Assembly (NCBI GenBank): GCA_045863295.1 | Contig: BTWA01000031.1 | Location: 1 to 64,000, forward strand | DNA from: Candidatus Hydrogenedentota bacterium | GTDB taxonomy: Bacteria > Hydrogenedentota > Hydrogenedentia > Hydrogenedentales > SLHB01 | Reading direction: 5' to 3' | Length of the DNA: 64,000 nt | Shown here: one piece after another, positions 26,876 to 36,791 of the stretch | Layout of the letters: every line of letters begins with the position of its first letter | Numbering within the stretch: the stretch's first letter is position 1 | The notes under the pieces: generated by a model | The model's input: only the letters and a program-made list of their open reading frames with translations | What the model was told of the DNA's origin: nothing | The model's database searches: none | Position numbers and translations under genes: made by a program

Positions 26876-27453
26876 GTGCCTTCCTTGACGGTCAAGCGGC
26901 CTAGCCGGCCTTTGGTCGCGATGGTCAGTATTTTGCGCGGAGCAGTTTCTATCTCGACGGTCGCGTAATCACACGATCCGCTGGGGTAAAATGCGATGTA
27001 GTAAGCATCTCGATCACCGTCCTTGGCGGCCTGCGGTTTTTTCATCTTGAGCGGTTCCGGCAGCGTGCGTCGCTCGCCACCCACTTCTTCCAGGCGTCCA
27101 AACGCTTTCTCGTCTTCGCCGGAGGCGATGCGGCGCATAGCCCAATACGAATTCGTTTCGTCGTCGATGTAAAAGCGATACTCGCGTGAATCGGCGACCG
27201 CGCGTTCCTGACAGTACTTCATCAACGCCACCACGTCCCGCTGATAGCGATCCTTTCGAATCCAGGTAATCGAACCCTGAAAGAGCGGTACGACTCCCGC
27301 GGTGAGGATGGAGATAATGGTCAAAACGACCAGCAGTTCCATCAAGGTGTAACCGCGAATCGCCTTCCATCCAAGTTCCCGCTTGGAAAAGCGTTTGCGA
27401 TACGCATTGCTCGGATCGTCCGCCGTCGGCGCCTGGGTGCATTGCGTGCACAT
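26872..27453 (-). CDS. gspH: Minor pseudopilin GspH-like
   Basis: IRG|YTLMELLVVL and IAFYPSGS. Start uncertain (ATG 27453 chosen). Confidence 0.78.
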   Translation of the reverse strand: MCTQCTQAPTADDPSNAYRKRFSKRELGWKAIRGYTLMELLVVLTIISILTAGVVPLFQGSITWIRKDRYQRDVVALMKYCQERAVADSREYRFYIDDETNSYWAMRRIASGEDEKAFGRLEEVGGERRTLPEPLKMKKPQAAKDGDRDAYYIAFYPSGSCDYATVEIETAPRKILTIATKGRLGRLTVKEGT

Positions 27454-27461
27454 GGCCCGAG

Positions 27462-27839
27462 TCAGTTTTCCGACCACACGGAAATGTCGTCGGGCGTGCC
27501 GGCCTGCCCGTCCATACCCGCGGTAAACAAATCGTACGGGCGGTTCTTGCCCGGAGTTTTGTAGCCATAGGGCCGGCCCCACGGATCATTTTTGATCTGA
27601 ACAACATACTGCTTCTTGCCGTTGACAAGGTCATTCAGTGCCTTCGGATACTGATCGTTGTTCTCTAGCGCATAGGCCTCGATCATGCGCTGATACGTGG
27701 ACAAGTCCGATTTCGCGCGCGTCTCGCGCGCTTCCCGGCCGCGGCCCGCCACGCCAACGGCGACCGCGCCGGCCAAAATGCCGATGATGACCATCACCAG
27801 CAACAACTCAAGTAAGGTAAACCCGCTGTTCGATTTCAT
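27462..27839 (-). CDS. gspG: Major pseudopilin GspG
   Basis: SG|FTLLELLLVMVIIGIL, YALEN..YP, DPWGRPYGY, LFTAGMDGQAGTPDDI. Confidence 0.93.
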   Translation of the reverse strand: MKSNSGFTLLELLLVMVIIGILAGAVAVGVAGRGREARETRAKSDLSTYQRMIEAYALENNDQYPKALNDLVNGKKQYVVQIKNDPWGRPYGYKTPGKNRPYDLFTAGMDGQAGTPDDISVWSEN

Positions 27840-27889
27840 GGTATCCTCCGGAATCACCCGCACGGAACGCGTCCGGGCAAGTCAGTTGC

Positions 27890-29104
27890 TCAAATCTGCA
27901 TTGAACTCATCGTCAACATGGGCAACAACATCGCGATGACCAAAAACCCCACAATAACGCCCATGACCACGATCAATATCGGCTCCATCATCGAGGTCAT
28001 GGCCTTCACGGCCCGGTCCACTTCGATGTCGTACGCGTCCGCCATGCGCTTGGTCACCGCGCCCAGACGACCACTTTCTTCGCCCACCGCAAAGGTGTTC
28101 ACGACAATTGGCGGAAAATAGCGGCATAGTTTTAGCCCCGCGCTGATACTATCGCCTTCCGCCACGCGCGCCTCCACTTTCGCAATTTCCGCCGCTACGG
28201 CTTTGTTGGTCAGCGTCTCCACCGTGATGCGCAACGACTGCAAGATCGGCACACCATTGTCCAGCAACGTGCCCAATGTGCGCGCAAACTGAGCGATCAC
28301 ATACTTGTGCGCCACATTCCCGACAACGGGGACACGCAGGATCTGCCGGTCGATTTGCAGACGTCCAGCCTCGCTCCGCCAATAGGAAACGAAGGCCGAC
28401 ACGGCGAAGCCGATTGCGATAAGTACCGCCCACCAATAGCTGCCCATGAATCCGCATAGCAACATGACCATGCGGGTTGGCAGCGGCAAGGTTTGCTGAA
28501 AGTCCTGGAATACCGTGATGAACTTGGGAAACACGAACGAAAGTAAAATGAAAATGGCAATCGATCCCATCAGCAACAGAAACGCCGGATAAATGGACGC
28601 GGTAGTGGCCTTGCCCCTCAGTTCTTCGTCCTGCTCGCCAAACGCAACGATGCGCCACATGACCTCGTCCAACATGCCTCCGGATTCGCCCGCGTTTATC
28701 AGGCTCACGACCATCGGTGAAAACACCTTCGGATGCCGTTCGAGCGCTTCGGCAAACGTGCTTCCCTTCTGCACGTCGTCACGAATCTGTGCAATAATCG
28801 TTTTCAGTTTGACATGGTCCGACTGCTCTTCCAGCGTGGACAGCGCGCGCGTCAATGGCATGCCCGATTCAAAAAGATTCGCCAATTGCCGAAAGAACAC
28901 ATTGCGGTCTTTGAGCCGGATCCGAGTCAGCTTGTTTCGCAAAACGTCTTTCTTGACCTTGCCTTCAAACTCTTCGACCGAGATGGGAAAATAGCCCAAG
29001 TCCCGCAAGCGCGCCACTGCCGACTGCTGACTGTCGGCCTCGAGAACACCGGTGGAGGGTGCTTCCGTGGGCGATCGCTTTACCTCATACTTGAACTGGG
29101 GCAT
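27890..29104 (-). CDS. gspF: T2SS inner-membrane platform protein GspF
   Basis: FFRQLANLFESGMPL, AGESGGML, YPAFLL, VGEESGRL, MEPILIV. Confidence 0.95.
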   Translation of the reverse strand: MPQFKYEVKRSPTEAPSTGVLEADSQQSAVARLRDLGYFPISVEEFEGKVKKDVLRNKLTRIRLKDRNVFFRQLANLFESGMPLTRALSTLEEQSDHVKLKTIIAQIRDDVQKGSTFAEALERHPKVFSPMVVSLINAGESGGMLDEVMWRIVAFGEQDEELRGKATTASIYPAFLLLMGSIAIFILLSFVFPKFITVFQDFQQTLPLPTRMVMLLCGFMGSYWWAVLIAIGFAVSAFVSYWRSEAGRLQIDRQILRVPVVGNVAHKYVIAQFARTLGTLLDNGVPILQSLRITVETLTNKAVAAEIAKVEARVAEGDSISAGLKLCRYFPPIVVNTFAVGEESGRLGAVTKRMADAYDIEVDRAVKAMTSMMEPILIVVMGVIVGFLVIAMLLPMLTMSSMQI

Positions 29105-30842
29105 GTGCCGCTTCCGGGAAATCCAGCGCGTCCGACTCCGCGGTCACGCGCATGACTTCCTCAAATGTCGTTATTCCGGCGCAAATTCGCGCCCATCCCG
29201 CCTGGCGCAGCGTCCGCATTCCTTCCTGCACGGCCTTTCGCTTGATGATTGTCGAAGCAGCCCGCTCGATGGTCAGTTCCTTGATAGTGCCGGAAAACGG
29301 CAGGATCTCATAGATCGCTACGCGGCCCTTGTAGCCGGTATTGCGGCAAGCGTCACACCCACGGCCCCGGCGGAACGTAATACCTGAAACCGAGGCGCGC
29401 GTCGCCCCGAAATCGCGCAGTAACGTCTCGTCCGGCTCGTAGGCTTCCGAACACTGCTTGCAGATGGTCCGCACCAACCGCTGAGCAACCGACGCTATCA
29501 TGGTGCTTGCGATTAAGAAAGGTTCCACGCCCATATCCGTGAGTCGCGTCACCGCCCCGGCGGCATCGTTGGTATGCAGCGTGCTGAATACCAAGTGGCC
29601 GGTCAGACTCGATCGAATTGCCATTTCCGCCGTTTCAAAGTCCCGGATTTCGCCCACCAGCATGATGTCGGGATCGTGCCGCAGCATGGACCGCAGCGCT
29701 GTGGCGAAGTCGAATCCAATCTGGGGCACGATCTGCATCTGCGAGATGCCCTTCAATTGGTATTCAATGGGATCTTCGACAGTGATGATCTTGTGTTCCA
29801 TGCGGTTGAGTTTGTTCAACGCCGCATACAAGGTGGTGGTTTTACCGCTCCCCGTCGGCCCCGTAACGAGTATCATGCCGTGCGGCCGCGTAATGAACGT
29901 GTTGAAAATCGCAAGGTCGCTCTCGGCAAATCCCAACTGCTCCATCGTCAGAAACATGGAGGAACGATTCAATATGCGTAGATTGACCGTTTCGCCGTGC
30001 GGCGTAGGCAACACCGAAACGCGCAAGTCAAATTGACTGGCGCCCAGTGACGCACGGATCTTGCCGTCCTGCGGAAGGCGCTTTTCCGCGATGTTCAGAT
30101 TCGCCATAACTTTGATGCGCGACACGATGGCGGCATGAAATCCCCTAATCGATGCCGGCGTCGGCACATTGTGGAGAATGCCGTCGATGCGGTACCGGAC
30201 GCGGAGCTCGTCTTCAAACGGCTCCATGTGAATATCGGTCGCACCGGACTGAATCGCTTCCGATAACAGTTCGTTAACGAACTTGATGATGGACGCGTCG
30301 ATGCTGTCGTCGCCCAGGTCGGATCCCGCCGCCGAACCATCGAGTGTCAACACCGTTGCGACGCTGTCGCTGTCGCTGAGAATGCGCTCCACGGTGTCCG
30401 CGCCGACGCCATACAAGGCTTTAATGGCACGCTTGATCTCGTCCGGGGCGGCCACCACCGCCTCCACACGCGTCTTCAACACCATGCGAAGGTCGTCAAG
30501 GAGGTGGTGGTTCAGCGGATCACTGACGGCTACGACGAGCGTTCCGTTCCTTTCCTGCACCGGCACGCAGTTGTAGTGCGTGGCGTAACGCGCGGGCATT
30601 TTCTTTACCAGCGCCGGATCCAACTCTTCCTTGGACGGAGCGACAAACCGCATTTCACAAAAAGCGGCGAGGGCTTTGTACACAGATTCCGCTGTGGCAA
30701 CCCCTGCGGATACCAGCGCACTGGGCAGGTCGCGGCCGGTGGCTGTGCATTCCTGCCGGATGCGGCCCAGCGTTGCCTCATCTACAAGGCCTTCCCGGAC
30801 CAGATGTTTTTCCAAACCTCTCTCGACAGCCAAAAGTGCCAC
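29085..30842 (-). CDS. gspE: T2SS secretion ATPase GspE/PilB family
   Basis: ATDIHMEP, RYRIDG, AEKRLPQDG, Walker A GPTGSGKTT, TVEDPIEY, LRHDPDIMLVGEIRD, TGHLVFSTLHTN, CxxC...CxxC. Confidence 0.96.
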   Translation of the reverse strand: MALLAVERGLEKHLVREGLVDEATLGRIRQECTATGRDLPSALVSAGVATAESVYKALAAFCEMRFVAPSKEELDPALVKKMPARYATHYNCVPVQERNGTLVVAVSDPLNHHLLDDLRMVLKTRVEAVVAAPDEIKRAIKALYGVGADTVERILSDSDSVATVLTLDGSAAGSDLGDDSIDASIIKFVNELLSEAIQSGATDIHMEPFEDELRVRYRIDGILHNVPTPASIRGFHAAIVSRIKVMANLNIAEKRLPQDGKIRASLGASQFDLRVSVLPTPHGETVNLRILNRSSMFLTMEQLGFAESDLAIFNTFITRPHGMILVTGPTGSGKTTTLYAALNKLNRMEHKIITVEDPIEYQLKGISQMQIVPQIGFDFATALRSMLRHDPDIMLVGEIRDFETAEMAIRSSLTGHLVFSTLHTNDAAGAVTRLTDMGVEPFLIASTMIASVAQRLVRTICKQCSEAYEPDETLLRDFGATRASVSGITFRRGRGCDACRNTGYKGRVAIYEILPFSGTIKELTIERAASTIIKRKAVQEGMRTLRQAGWARICAGITTFEEVMRVTAESDALDFPEAAHAPVQV

Positions 30843-30968
30843 TCCAAAATCACGTACCCGATCTAAGTGCCTGATAAATCAACATGTTACCAGATCGTGG
30901 CCGGTTTCCGCCAATCGGACATATGGATCGTGCGGCTGGTTCGGAGATGTGAAATCGGCCGGTTCAGT

Positions 30969-32015
30969 TCACCGGGCCGTGGATTGCAGCCGCGCCATGG
31001 CGCTTTGCACACGTTGCACCAGCATCGGATTCTCCGATGCGGTCGTTATATGGGCCTTGGCCGCGGTCGCATCCTGAAAGTCGTTGATATACGCCAAGCC
31101 AATTTCCAATTCCAGCGACGCTACAGCAACAGGGTTGGTGCATCGATCCCGCGCGGACTTCATGGCCAGCACACGATCTTCCGGCTTGTTGGGATCGAGC
31201 CCTTGCTCCTCCAAAATGGCTAACCCGATTGACTCGGTCGCAAGCGAAGCGACCAGCGTGTCCGGATACTTCGCTATCACCTCTTCGAATCCGCCTATGG
31301 GATTCGATCGGTTGCGCTTCGCGAGTTCAAACGCATACAGCGAGTCGTAGCTCGTTTTCTTGGCCTCGGCAAGCACGTCTCGCCGGTTGGCTACGCGCTT
31401 TTCCCAGTCTGGATGGGCATCCAAAACAGGCGTGTAGTCGGCGCGGACCTTCGTATAAATGGCATACGCATCGTCATACCGTTGCATATCGAATGCGAGA
31501 TCCGCAGCAATCATCGCCGCCTCGCCGGACCGCGGATCGGTGGGATGATCGTTGACCACCGCCATGGCCCGTTCGTAGGCAGGGCCCATTTCCCGCCGCT
31601 CCAGCAGCGACCGCACGTCCGCAAGCGCCAACTCCACCGGTGTCTGTCCGGCGGTTTCCATGGTCGCCACGGCACCACCCATGGGTGCGGCAGGCTTGAG
31701 TGACAATCCAAGTACAACCGCAAGAGCGGCCGCACACAGGGCGCCCACCGGCGCCCATTTCAACATAGGCCGCCACGCGCGAACGGGTTGGGATACAGAT
31801 TCCGCTGCCAGCCGGGCTTTCACAAGGGGAAGCAGATCAATCTCCAGCACCGGTTGTGTTTTGGGTATGGCGCGCAACAGCCGGGCCAGGTCTTCGGCTT
31901 CGGTTTGCAGGTCGGGGTCCGACGTCAGGGCGCGCTCCAAAGCGGCAGGATTCGCCGCGTCCGTAACGTGGGCCGCGAGATCAATCCGCTTTTTGTTGCG
32001 GCGGCTCCAAAACAT
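30969..32015 (-). CDS. Putative anti-sigma factor with a TM helix and a periplasmic TPR-like domain
   Basis: Starts 5 bp after the ECF sigma gene; N-terminal helical ASD-like region without HxxxCxxC; TM; TPR-like helices (VVNDHPTDP, VIAKYPDT). Confidence 0.65.
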   Translation of the reverse strand: MFWSRRNKKRIDLAAHVTDAANPAALERALTSDPDLQTEAEDLARLLRAIPKTQPVLEIDLLPLVKARLAAESVSQPVRAWRPMLKWAPVGALCAAALAVVLGLSLKPAAPMGGAVATMETAGQTPVELALADVRSLLERREMGPAYERAMAVVNDHPTDPRSGEAAMIAADLAFDMQRYDDAYAIYTKVRADYTPVLDAHPDWEKRVANRRDVLAEAKKTSYDSLYAFELAKRNRSNPIGGFEEVIAKYPDTLVASLATESIGLAILEEQGLDPNKPEDRVLAMKSARDRCTNPVAVASLELEIGLAYINDFQDATAAKAHITTASENPMLVQRVQSAMARLQSTAR

Positions 32016-32020
32016 GGCGT

Positions 32021-32593
32021 TCAGTCCTCGTATAGGTCCCGCAATTCCACTTGCATCTTCTTCAACGCGCGGAACAAATGCACTTTGACGCTGCCAACGG
32101 TACAGCCGATGACTTCGGCAATTTCGTTTAGTTGCAACCCCTCGTAATGGCGCATCGCAAACACCGCCCGTTGCGTCACGGACAACACCGATAACGCCCG
32201 GTTGACGCGTTGGTCAATTTCCTCCGCACGCACCTGCTGCTCGGTGTCGCGCGATGCATGCGTGTCGTGCGCGGTCCGCCCGGAGGTTTGTGCCTCGTCG
32301 TCCAGACTTTCGTGGCGGCGCCGGTTACGTTTGCGCACCAGATCGATCGCATGATTGGTGGTCAGGCGCATCAACCACGGTACAAACCCGCTCGTCGGCT
32401 GCCACGCGTGGATTTTCTGAAACGCCTTGACCAACGATTCTTGGGCGGCGTCCAGAGCATCCTCGCGATTCAACGTAATCCGGTAGGCCACGGCATAGAC
32501 GCGGCCCTGATGGCGGCGCACCAGTTCCTCGAACGCGCGCGCATTCCCCTCCTGGAGGGCAAGCGCCAGTTCTTCGTCGGTTCTTGCCGCCAT
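32021..32593 (-). CDS. ECF sigma-70 family RNA polymerase sigma factor
   Basis: AFEELVRRH, DALDAAQESLVKA, WLMRLTTNHAID, EGLQLNEIAEVIGCTVGSVKVHLFRA. ATG 32593 has a GAGG RBS. Confidence 0.93.
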   Translation of the reverse strand: MAARTDEELALALQEGNARAFEELVRRHQGRVYAVAYRITLNREDALDAAQESLVKAFQKIHAWQPTSGFVPWLMRLTTNHAIDLVRKRNRRRHESLDDEAQTSGRTAHDTHASRDTEQQVRAEEIDQRVNRALSVLSVTQRAVFAMRHYEGLQLNEIAEVIGCTVGSVKVHLFRALKKMQVELRDLYED

Positions 32594-32624
32594 GTCCTCG
32601 GCAACTTGTGTTCTCGAAAGAGTC

Positions 32625-32652
32625 AACGCGTATGTCCGGCAAAAGGTTTACA
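32625..32652 (-). promoter_or_regulatory. Putative autoregulatory ECF promoter
   Basis: Minus strand TGTAAAC-N17-CGTT, matching the common ECF AAC/CGT pattern, ~30 nt upstream of ATG 32593. Confidence 0.5.
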
Positions 32653-32759
32653 CCAGGTCGAAAATGACCGGTCCGCGAATTGCTCCCCGGTATACTACCC
32701 GATTTCGGCAAATCTTTGTATGTCTATGAAATGGCATGTGTTGCACGCGAAAAAACTCT

Positions 32760-33773
32760 TTACGCAACAAAAACATAGTGCCGTCGTTCCATGTAGCCCC
32801 TAAGAGACAGCCACGACCGAATCTCGTCCCGCGCCCCCGGCGCGCCCACGGCCACCACCACGAACGGACCCCCGGGAGGCGGCAGTTCGTCCGGAGCAAT
32901 TACCGGCGCGCCATGGATCACGCGGCCAATCTTCCGGGGATTGATATCTACAACGGTCAATGGCCTCTGCGGCCACTCTTTCAACCATTCCTTGCCTACC
33001 ACCCCGGCGCCCCACTGAATGAAAGGGTCGCCCGCGCTCAAATGGCACTGCTGAAGGTAGTGCCGTTTGGCTGCGCGAAAGGCGGCCGGCGCATACCGGG
33101 GGTGGTTCATGGAATGCCGGTTGGAGTGGTTTGTCCATCGCAGCAACGGCTTGGCCACGTTGGAAAGTGCGTAGCCCGCGGCATGTAACCGCAATACCAC
33201 GTCGTAATCCTCGGCCCACCCGATATCCTCGTAACCCCCGACCGCTTCAAAGGGTTCCCGCCGCAGGAAGAATGTGGGATGTGCGACCGGGCACTCCACA
33301 AACATCTCCCGCGCTACGGATTCCGGTGTGGTCAGAGTGTTGATCCACTGTTGGTATCGCTCCCTACCGGAGCCAATGGTTCCAGGCAGCGACTCCACCT
33401 GAGTGCCGCAAAGGGCAATATCCGGATAAAAGGTCATGTAGTTCAGTTGCTGCGCAATTCGGTCAGGATGCGTCCAGTCGTCCGCGTCCATTCGTGCAAG
33501 AAACTGGCCCTGGGCGACACTGTGTGCATGGCGTAGCGCCGCGACAATGCCCTCATGCGGTTGGTGAATCACCCGGATGCGGGAATCACGCTTCGAGGCC
33601 GCGTGTAACAATGCGTTCGTGTCGTCGGTGGAACCGTCGTCCACCGCAATCAGTTCCCAATGGGCGTACGTCTGGTCCAGTATCGATTTAATGGCCGTTT
33701 CCAACGAAGACTCGCTGTTCCAAACAGGCATCAGTATCGAAACGAGCAGGTTCGTCATGCGACGAGACGTCAA
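32760..33773 (-). CDS. Glycosyltransferase family 2
   Basis: VSILMPVWN, VDDGSTD, ARMDADD, AEDYD; C-terminal Rossmann-like WGAGVVGK. Start may be ATG 33758. Confidence 0.9.
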   Translation of the reverse strand: MTSRRMTNLLVSILMPVWNSESSLETAIKSILDQTYAHWELIAVDDGSTDDTNALLHAASKRDSRIRVIHQPHEGIVAALRHAHSVAQGQFLARMDADDWTHPDRIAQQLNYMTFYPDIALCGTQVESLPGTIGSGRERYQQWINTLTTPESVAREMFVECPVAHPTFFLRREPFEAVGGYEDIGWAEDYDVVLRLHAAGYALSNVAKPLLRWTNHSNRHSMNHPRYAPAAFRAAKRHYLQQCHLSAGDPFIQWGAGVVGKEWLKEWPQRPLTVVDINPRKIGRVIHGAPVIAPDELPPPGGPFVVVAVGAPGARDEIRSWLSLRGYMERRHYVFVA

Positions 33774-34465
33774 ACGACGCCGGATTGGTCGAATTGATTC
33801 AGATAGGGGTAGATGTGACTGCTGATAAAGCTGCGAACGCGCTGCACGTGATCACGCGGCTTCATCTCGGACTGGGCGCTGATTACCGTATTGGGAAAGA
33901 TGCCCTTCACTTCTATATACACTTCGTTTAATCCGTGCCGGTACGACTCGATAATGATGTGCAAGGTACCGGGATGATCCGGAGTCTCGGGAAGCACAAA
34001 CCGGAGGCCTCCCACGGCAATGGGCCGTTGAAAATGGGGCCCAATGCGGCCCGCCTGCCGGCAGGCGTTGTCGATGAGAAACACGCGGGCGTCCTGAAAG
34101 TGAGTGAGTGCGAATGTCGTGCGTATTGTAACGGTCTGGGCCACGTAGGCCGGAATCTCCAGCACATCCAGGGCCACCGCCGAGGCCTTGTCCACCTTGT
34201 CGAGGAATTGAGCCATCGGAAGATCTACCCATTCCTCCGCGAACAGAATACGGTCCGGCAGAAACACGGCGGCGGAATGCGTCTTCTCGCCGCGCCTGGA
34301 ATAGAACTTCGGCGGCCCGGGCGGCGTAAGTTCAATGTTGTCGAATGACGTCACCCGGCTTTGCGACCAGTCGAAATACAACCGTTGCAACACGGGCACC
34401 GCATGCGACTTCGGAATGTGCATGAGTTCCGTCGAAAAATGAATGGGTCGATCTTCCGCCTGCAT
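33770..34465 (-). CDS. Hypothetical cytoplasmic protein
   Basis: Co-oriented and tightly packed between two GT genes; GGAGG RBS before ATG 34465; no motif I can name confidently. Confidence 0.7.
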   Translation of the reverse strand: MQAEDRPIHFSTELMHIPKSHAVPVLQRLYFDWSQSRVTSFDNIELTPPGPPKFYSRRGEKTHSAAVFLPDRILFAEEWVDLPMAQFLDKVDKASAVALDVLEIPAYVAQTVTIRTTFALTHFQDARVFLIDNACRQAGRIGPHFQRPIAVGGLRFVLPETPDHPGTLHIIIESYRHGLNEVYIEVKGIFPNTVISAQSEMKPRDHVQRVRSFISSHIYPYLNQFDQSGVV

Positions 34466-34500
34466 GAATCCTCCGGAAATAGTCCGCACACAAGCCGCCC

Positions 34501-36174
34501 TCAGGGCGCTTCCGAAGTCGGATTGTAGTCCGGCGACCGGTTGATGGGGGACGCGCTCAAGTCCGTAATTTTGCCCAACGTTTCCAGAAAGTAATCGCGA
34601 TCTTCGTTAATCTTGAATACGGCTACTTCCCGGCGGCCCTTCCGCACATGAAATTCATACGGCAAATTGTGGGCGTCCAGCTGCAGTGAAAACATCTTGG
34701 GAGAAAGGGCGTTGGCTTGGACCACCAGCGGTACCCACACCGTATTGCCCAGACAGGCGAGACGCATAACTTCATTCGCAAAATTTGGAGCCACTCCCTT
34801 GATGGGAAGGTCGTCGTTATGCGTGCGCATGGGTAGCCCGTTCTCGTTACGAAAGGTTTCCGGGATGCGGATCACGTCGCCCGTCTTAAACTCCGCCGCG
34901 ATGAGTTCCGCTGCGCCGTTCCAGTCGGGCCGCATGGGCCTTTTCAGATCCTCAAGCACATAAGCACAGGTGAATGCGACGGCACCCACGGCCACGAACC
35001 GGACAAAACCGCTTCGGAACGTGGTAATGGCGGCGGCTCCCAGCAGAAACATCGCATACGACGAATGCAACACATACCGCTCCACGTAGCATTCCTTCAC
35101 GGTATGAGAAAGCACGAACAACACAATCATGGGAATAAAAAGCCACGCCAGCAGGTAATAAATTACCGAAACGCTGAATCCACTTCCCTGCGTGAGCGCC
35201 ACCCAACTGCAGCGGTCCAAATCAATAATCAACCGGTGATGACTGTCGGAATCCGCCTGCAATTGCCATTGCTTGATCTTGCCCATGCAGAATTTCAGCA
35301 TCCGAAGCAACAGAAACGCAAACACAAGCCCCACAAATAACCCACCCGGATAAATAAGGTGATACAGCTCTTCATTGCCGAACAGCATGGCACCGGTGAA
35401 TACATAAAGATAGGAATCAAAAAGTACTTGAAGCGAGGGCTTCGGTATCCAGCCGATCATGCTCTCAATCTTGGTCTGAGAAAATCCGGACACCCACCAG
35501 AAGAACGGAATGAGGATGGGAACGTGGGCTGCCGCGAAAACATACGCATGCGGACGTTTCCATCCCCTGCCGAACAACAGTATCAACCCTTGAACAAAAA
35601 CCAGGGTGCAGCCGAAAAAGTGCGTCCCCAGCATGGCCGCGTTGGCAAGAATGCAGATCGGCCATACCCAACGCTTCCCCCGGTGATAGGCCAGGTAAAA
35701 CCCGTATGCCGAAACGATTGCGAGCGCATAGTACAGCGAATACATCCGGATGTCCTGGCTATGCCAGATGTGATTCTTGGAAACCGCCAACATGAACATG
35801 GCCGTCAAGCCGCAAAAATGACCCAACAGCGATCGCCCGAAGGCATAAAGCAGGATCATGGCAATGACGCTTGTTGAGACGGAAAATAGCCGCAATGCAT
35901 AAATCGAATAACCGGTAGCGCGGCCAATGTAGTACTCAAACACAAAGTAAAGCGGCATCATGGCGGGGTCTTGCGCGCGTTCCGCATCGATGAATTCCAT
36001 CAGTGTGGGCTCGTCAAGCACGGCCACACTGACGGCCTCGTCGAACCAAAGGGACTCGGCATCCAACTTGTACACTCGGAGGCCAATTCCCAAAGCAAGA
36101 ATAGCGGCAAAGGTGATTATCTGCAGTGGGCTTTTCCAAAAAACACTGCTGCCGGCATTAGCTGCATGATCCAT
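34501..36174 (-). CDS. GT-C fold glycosyltransferase (PMT_2/ArnT-like)
   Basis: SLWFDEA loop motif, PLYF, ALRLFSV, HSQDIRMYSL, THFFG, ERY; multiple TM helices. Confidence 0.82.
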   Translation of the reverse strand: MDHAANAGSSVFWKSPLQIITFAAILALGIGLRVYKLDAESLWFDEAVSVAVLDEPTLMEFIDAERAQDPAMMPLYFVFEYYIGRATGYSIYALRLFSVSTSVIAMILLYAFGRSLLGHFCGLTAMFMLAVSKNHIWHSQDIRMYSLYYALAIVSAYGFYLAYHRGKRWVWPICILANAAMLGTHFFGCTLVFVQGLILLFGRGWKRPHAYVFAAAHVPILIPFFWWVSGFSQTKIESMIGWIPKPSLQVLFDSYLYVFTGAMLFGNEELYHLIYPGGLFVGLVFAFLLLRMLKFCMGKIKQWQLQADSDSHHRLIIDLDRCSWVALTQGSGFSVSVIYYLLAWLFIPMIVLFVLSHTVKECYVERYVLHSSYAMFLLGAAAITTFRSGFVRFVAVGAVAFTCAYVLEDLKRPMRPDWNGAAELIAAEFKTGDVIRIPETFRNENGLPMRTHNDDLPIKGVAPNFANEVMRLACLGNTVWVPLVVQANALSPKMFSLQLDAHNLPYEFHVRKGRREVAVFKINEDRDYFLETLGKITDLSASPINRSPDYNPTSEAP

Positions 36175-36276
36175 TACTGCTCCCCATGTGCAAAACGTGA
36201 TATAACAGCCGCGGCTGCCCCCAAGACATGCATGACTTTACAAAATGCGGGCGCGGCATACAAGCTGTAGCCGCCT

Positions 36277-36630
36277 TCAACGAAAGTGCTCTTTCCAGTC
36301 GTTCTCGTCAAAGCCGGTCAATCCAAACCCATCGGCCACGACGAATGGCCGTTTCACCAGATTCCCGTTGGTGGAAAGCAGTTCAAATGCCTCCGCTTGT
36401 GACATACGAGCCATACGATCCTTCAGGCCCAGTGCCTTGTAATCTCCCCCCGACGTATTGAAAAGCAATCGAAGATTGCCGCCCACATAATCCAGCATTT
36501 TCTTCAATTCTGCTTTGCTGGGAGGCTGATCGCGAATCGGGATGACTCTGTGCTCAATTTCGCGGGATTCCAGGAATTTCAAGGCCTTTCGGCATGTGTC
36601 GCACTTCGCGTAGGCATACACCTTCAACAT
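36277..36630 (-). CDS. ArsC/Spx/YffB family protein
   Basis: CDTCRKALKFL, LFNTSGGDYK, LVKRPF, GFDENDW. Confidence 0.9.
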   Translation of the reverse strand: MLKVYAYAKCDTCRKALKFLESREIEHRVIPIRDQPPSKAELKKMLDYVGGNLRLLFNTSGGDYKALGLKDRMARMSQAEAFELLSTNGNLVKRPFVVADGFGLTGFDENDWKEHFR

Positions 36631-36791
36631 CTCAGCCGCTCCACGTCGATTCCTGCCAAGTGAAAACTCCATCGTAACACGAACCGGAGTCCGCTTGCAG
36701 ATCGTCAGTGAAAGGGCGCATCACGTGGAAATCTGGACCGAACCGGATTTTCTACGCTACCCTTGTGCGAGAGAAACGGGAGAGTTATCCA

